From Felis catus (taxonomy: Eukaryota), in contig NC_058368.1 of the NCBI RefSeq assembly GCF_018350175.1, positions 90,646,001-90,710,000 on the forward strand: a DNA stretch of 64,000 nucleotides, read 5' to 3'. Below the pieces are notes generated by a model. It saw only the letters and a program-made list of their open reading frames with translations, ran no database searches and had not been told where the DNA came from. Numbering within the stretch: the stretch's first letter is position 1; the number at the start of each line of letters is the position of its first letter. Both the position numbers and the translations under genes were made by a program. Below, piece after piece: positions 61,085-64,000 of this stretch.

Positions 61085-61516
61085 GTATTAGTATATCAGT
61101 CAGGGCCTGCCAGGGAAACAGAATCCACTTATACACCAAAGAGGTGGGGGGCGGCGGTAGGGGGGGAGATTGATTTACTGAAAGGCTTACATGATTGTAG
61201 GCTGCCTAGGCAAGTCTGAAATCTGCAGGAGAAGCCGTGAGGAGGGGCATACTGGAGCCATCAGGGAGGAGCTGACATTGTAGTCCCCAGCTGCAATCTC
61301 TTCCCACTCACGGAAAGTTGTGCTCTTAAGGCCTTTCATCAGATCAGGTGAGGCCTATCCAGATGATCGAGGATCATCTCCCTTACTCAAAGCTAACTGG
61401 TTGTAGGGATGAATCACATCTGCTAAAAACCCTCGTGGCAATATCTAGGCAAGTGGAGGGCTGAATGACAGGGTACCACAGCCCAGCCACGTCAACACAT
61501 AAAACTAAGTATCATA
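61085..61516 (-). mobile_element. MLT2-like ERVL LTR
   Basis: GCAAGTCTGAAATCTGCAGG, TGCTCTTAAGGCCTTTCA...TGAGGCCTATCCA, TCAACACATAAAACTAA. Confidence 0.7.
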
Positions 61517-63013
61517 GATGGCAAATCACAGAATCGTGAAATATTCAAGTAGTCGGGGATGAGTAAAGGAAAAAGTGGGTTCCTCCCATCCCAAATTTAA
61601 CCACAGTTGAGTGTCTCCATCCAGGGGCACCTGGGTGGCTGAGTGGGTTAAGCGTCCAGCTTCAGATCAGGTCATGATCTCTGGATTCATGGGGTTGCAG
61701 CCCCGTGTCGGGCTCTGTGCTGATAGCTTGGAGCCTGGAGCCTGCTTTGGATTCTGTGTCTCCCTCTCTCCCTGCCCCTTCCCTGCTTGTGCTCTGTCTC
61801 TCTCTTCTCGAAAATTAAAAAAAAAAAAAAGTGTGTCCCCATGCATAGACAGGAAAAGGACTTGGATGGGAAGTAGGCACTGGGGTGCTCTAGCATTTGG
61901 GTAGGATGGGAAGCCATGGGTCTGAGGAGTACCTAAGGAGAGTATGAAAGTCATGGATACAGGAAGAGAAGGGCACATTTTGGGGACACCACGTATAGGG
62001 GACAGAACAGGTGGGGATATCATGGAGCCCTGCTCTGCAGAATCCCAGTGAGCTTGTGAATGGTGAGTCCCTAGAAAGTGCCCATGAAGACAGACTGGAT
62101 GGGCAGCAGAGGGACAGAGAGCTTGCCTGGGCTAACTGGCAAAGCAGGCGGGGCTGGGGGGGGGGGGAATAACCTCATCCCAGCCAGGCGAGGGCTTTGC
62201 TAATAGCAAATGTAGGGGGTGTTGAGGAAGGAGCAAAGCTTCTGCTCTGGGCTGCAGAGAACAGGTGTCCTTGGCACTTTGCTCAACATTCACCTTAGTG
62301 AGTTTCCGGCTGAACAGGGTTGTTCTGGAGCCTCATGTGGGGTTGCATATAAGAAATTGAGGATAAGAGGCTGGGTAATGGGAAAAGAGCAGAGTGGACT
62401 CAGCCCATGGCATGAGGAGACATGAGGAGGAAAGATGGTCAGTGAGACCTTCCCAGAGGGCCTTTTGCAGACAGTGTCTATGACTCAATTTGATGCTGCA
62501 TCCTGTGGTATATGATGGTGGGCTCCCCTGTTACTCCTCCATCCCCCCCATAATATACCCAGATCTCGAGGGGCAGTGACACAGAATGACAGCATGTTAA
62601 CTGGGTGTGCATTGAAGTGGGGGCGATGTGCCAGGCCCCTGTGATTTGCAGGGACCCTCAGAGGGCACGTGGTCCCTTCCTCCAAGCAGGATCTTTCTTT
62701 TGGAGCCTTGCATCACATGGGAGCCTGGGGCACTTGCAGGGATGGCAGCCGCTCTCCAAAGTCACTTCAAATGGGAAGAACGTTTTCCCTAAGGAGCCCC
62801 TTGTCTCCTGGACCTGGAATTGCCTGTTTCTGGTTTGTCTTCCGAGGCCAGAGGAGTAAGTCTCAGGACAGCTCTGTATGTAGCTCTTTATGGAAATAGC
62901 TCTCTTGTCTGCCATCCTCTCTTTCCGGGGCCTCCTTTCTTGGTCTCCTTGGCTGCTCTGATGACAGGTTTTAGCCTCCCACTGTTTTGGGCACACTTAC
63001 CCGAAAGTCCTTA

Positions 63014-63770
63014 TGTGCTATAAGAAAGAATTTGTCTGCTTTTTTGTCTTGGGTTCCTGGGAGGAAGCTTCTAAGCACTTGGAATTTTCTGAGTGACAGG
63101 AGAGTTTAGGTTATTCATGGTGGCCCTTGGACCACACCTCAGTTTATGCTAAAGAGATGACTCAGGAAGACCCTGCATGTGATTTGAGGATCAGGGCTTT
63201 GAGCTCTGGGATATTAGCACAACTGCCTGACCTCTGGGGATGGAAGAGGTGCTGGAGATGAAGTTTAATCACACTTGGCCAATGATCCAACCAACCTCAT
63301 CTGTGTAATGAAACCCCAATAAAAACTCTGGATGCGGAGGTTCAGGTGAGTTTCTTGGTTGGTGAACACAGGGGAGGTGTTGTGTCCTGATGTCGGGGGA
63401 GAAGACATGGGGGCTCTGTGTTTGATCTTTCCCAGACCTTGCCTTATGTGTATACTCTACTTTTGGCTGATTATGATTTATATCCTTTATAATAAAACTA
63501 AGCCTAGTACTTTCCTGAGTTCTGTGAGCCATTCTAGTGAATTACTGAAACTGAGGGGGTCATGGGAACCCCCAAATTTGTAACCCGCTGGTCAGAAGTG
63601 CAGGTGGTCTGGGGAACCCCAGACTTGCATAGGTGAGAGAAGGCTCACTGGGGTCTGTGCTTTAACTTGTGGAGTCCGGTGGTAGTTCTTGATGGTGAGC
63701 ACCAGAACTGGATTGCAGTATCGCATCCTGCCTCAATAATCCCAGAAAAAATGTGGTACTGAGCTTGCAC
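63014..63770 (+). mobile_element. MER21-like solo LTR
   Basis: GACCACACCTCAGTTTATGCTAA, CCCCAATAAAAACTCTGGA, TTTCCTGAGTTCTGTGAGCCATTCTAG...GGGGTCATGGGAACCCC. Confidence 0.7.
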
Positions 63771-64000
63771 GGGGGCAGTATTTTCTGCTCCTCATTGTGG
63801 CCCAGTGGCCCCCCAGTACCGTGACTGGGACAGCTCCCTGTGTCCCCTTGCATGAGCTGTGGTCAAGCCTGAGTCACTTGGTGATAAAGCTCCTTGGAGC
63901 ACCTGGGTGGGGGAGGGTTTAGGCAGGAGCTAAGTTCTAGGTCTCTACGCATCTGGTTCTAAAATCCATCTGACCCCATCCCCCACCCCCAATGACATAA

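Larger units (their letters stand above)
134..61830. repeat. Dispersed Can-SINE population, roughly 75-80 copies counted by eye (on the order of a quarter of the window)
   Basis: Recurrent GGGGCRCCTGGGTGGCTCAG heads, (CT)n linkers and A tails on both strands. These produce the many MAQSV.../GHDL.../SLEPASDSVSPSL ORFs in the track. Confidence 0.9.

Noticed and set aside
1861..61904. Family of similar short ORFs (MAQSV..., GHDL..., SLEPASDSVSPSLSAPP)
   Set aside because: All are translations of Can-SINE copies, not a gene family.

Overview
This is mammalian genomic DNA from a felid. The assignment rests on dense tRNA-derived Can-SINEs, including the young feline type. The left half carries the 5' part of RUFY1 (RUN and FYVE domain-containing protein 1, Rabip4') on the minus strand. 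Seven coding exons were traced by hand (31152-30867, 20217-20044, 18750-18633, 15833-15732, 13878-13755, 4561-4500, 1352-1287). All have GT-AG junctions and matching phases, and the gene continues past the left edge. Exon 1 lies in a CpG-island promoter. A second motif-rich CpG promoter sits just upstream of exon 2, consistent with the short Rabip4 isoform starting at MMEER. The right half (about 31.3-64 kb) looks intergenic and repeat-rich, and I recognise no protein-coding gene there. It contains two strong CTCF motifs in divergent orientation. About 75-80 SINE copies were counted by eye, together with old L1, L2, MIR, LTR and DNA-transposon remnants. I see no evidence of a wholly new biological system. 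The best leads are regulatory: the internal promoter with an RFX X-box, a candidate uORF whose stop overlaps the short-isoform start, a T21/A21 tract in the main promoter, a LIR-like motif specific to the long isoform, a candidate poison exon and a CTCF boundary. There are also several cases of repeated SINE insertion at an identical target site. Repeat family names and comparisons with human RUFY1 come from recall, not database searches.
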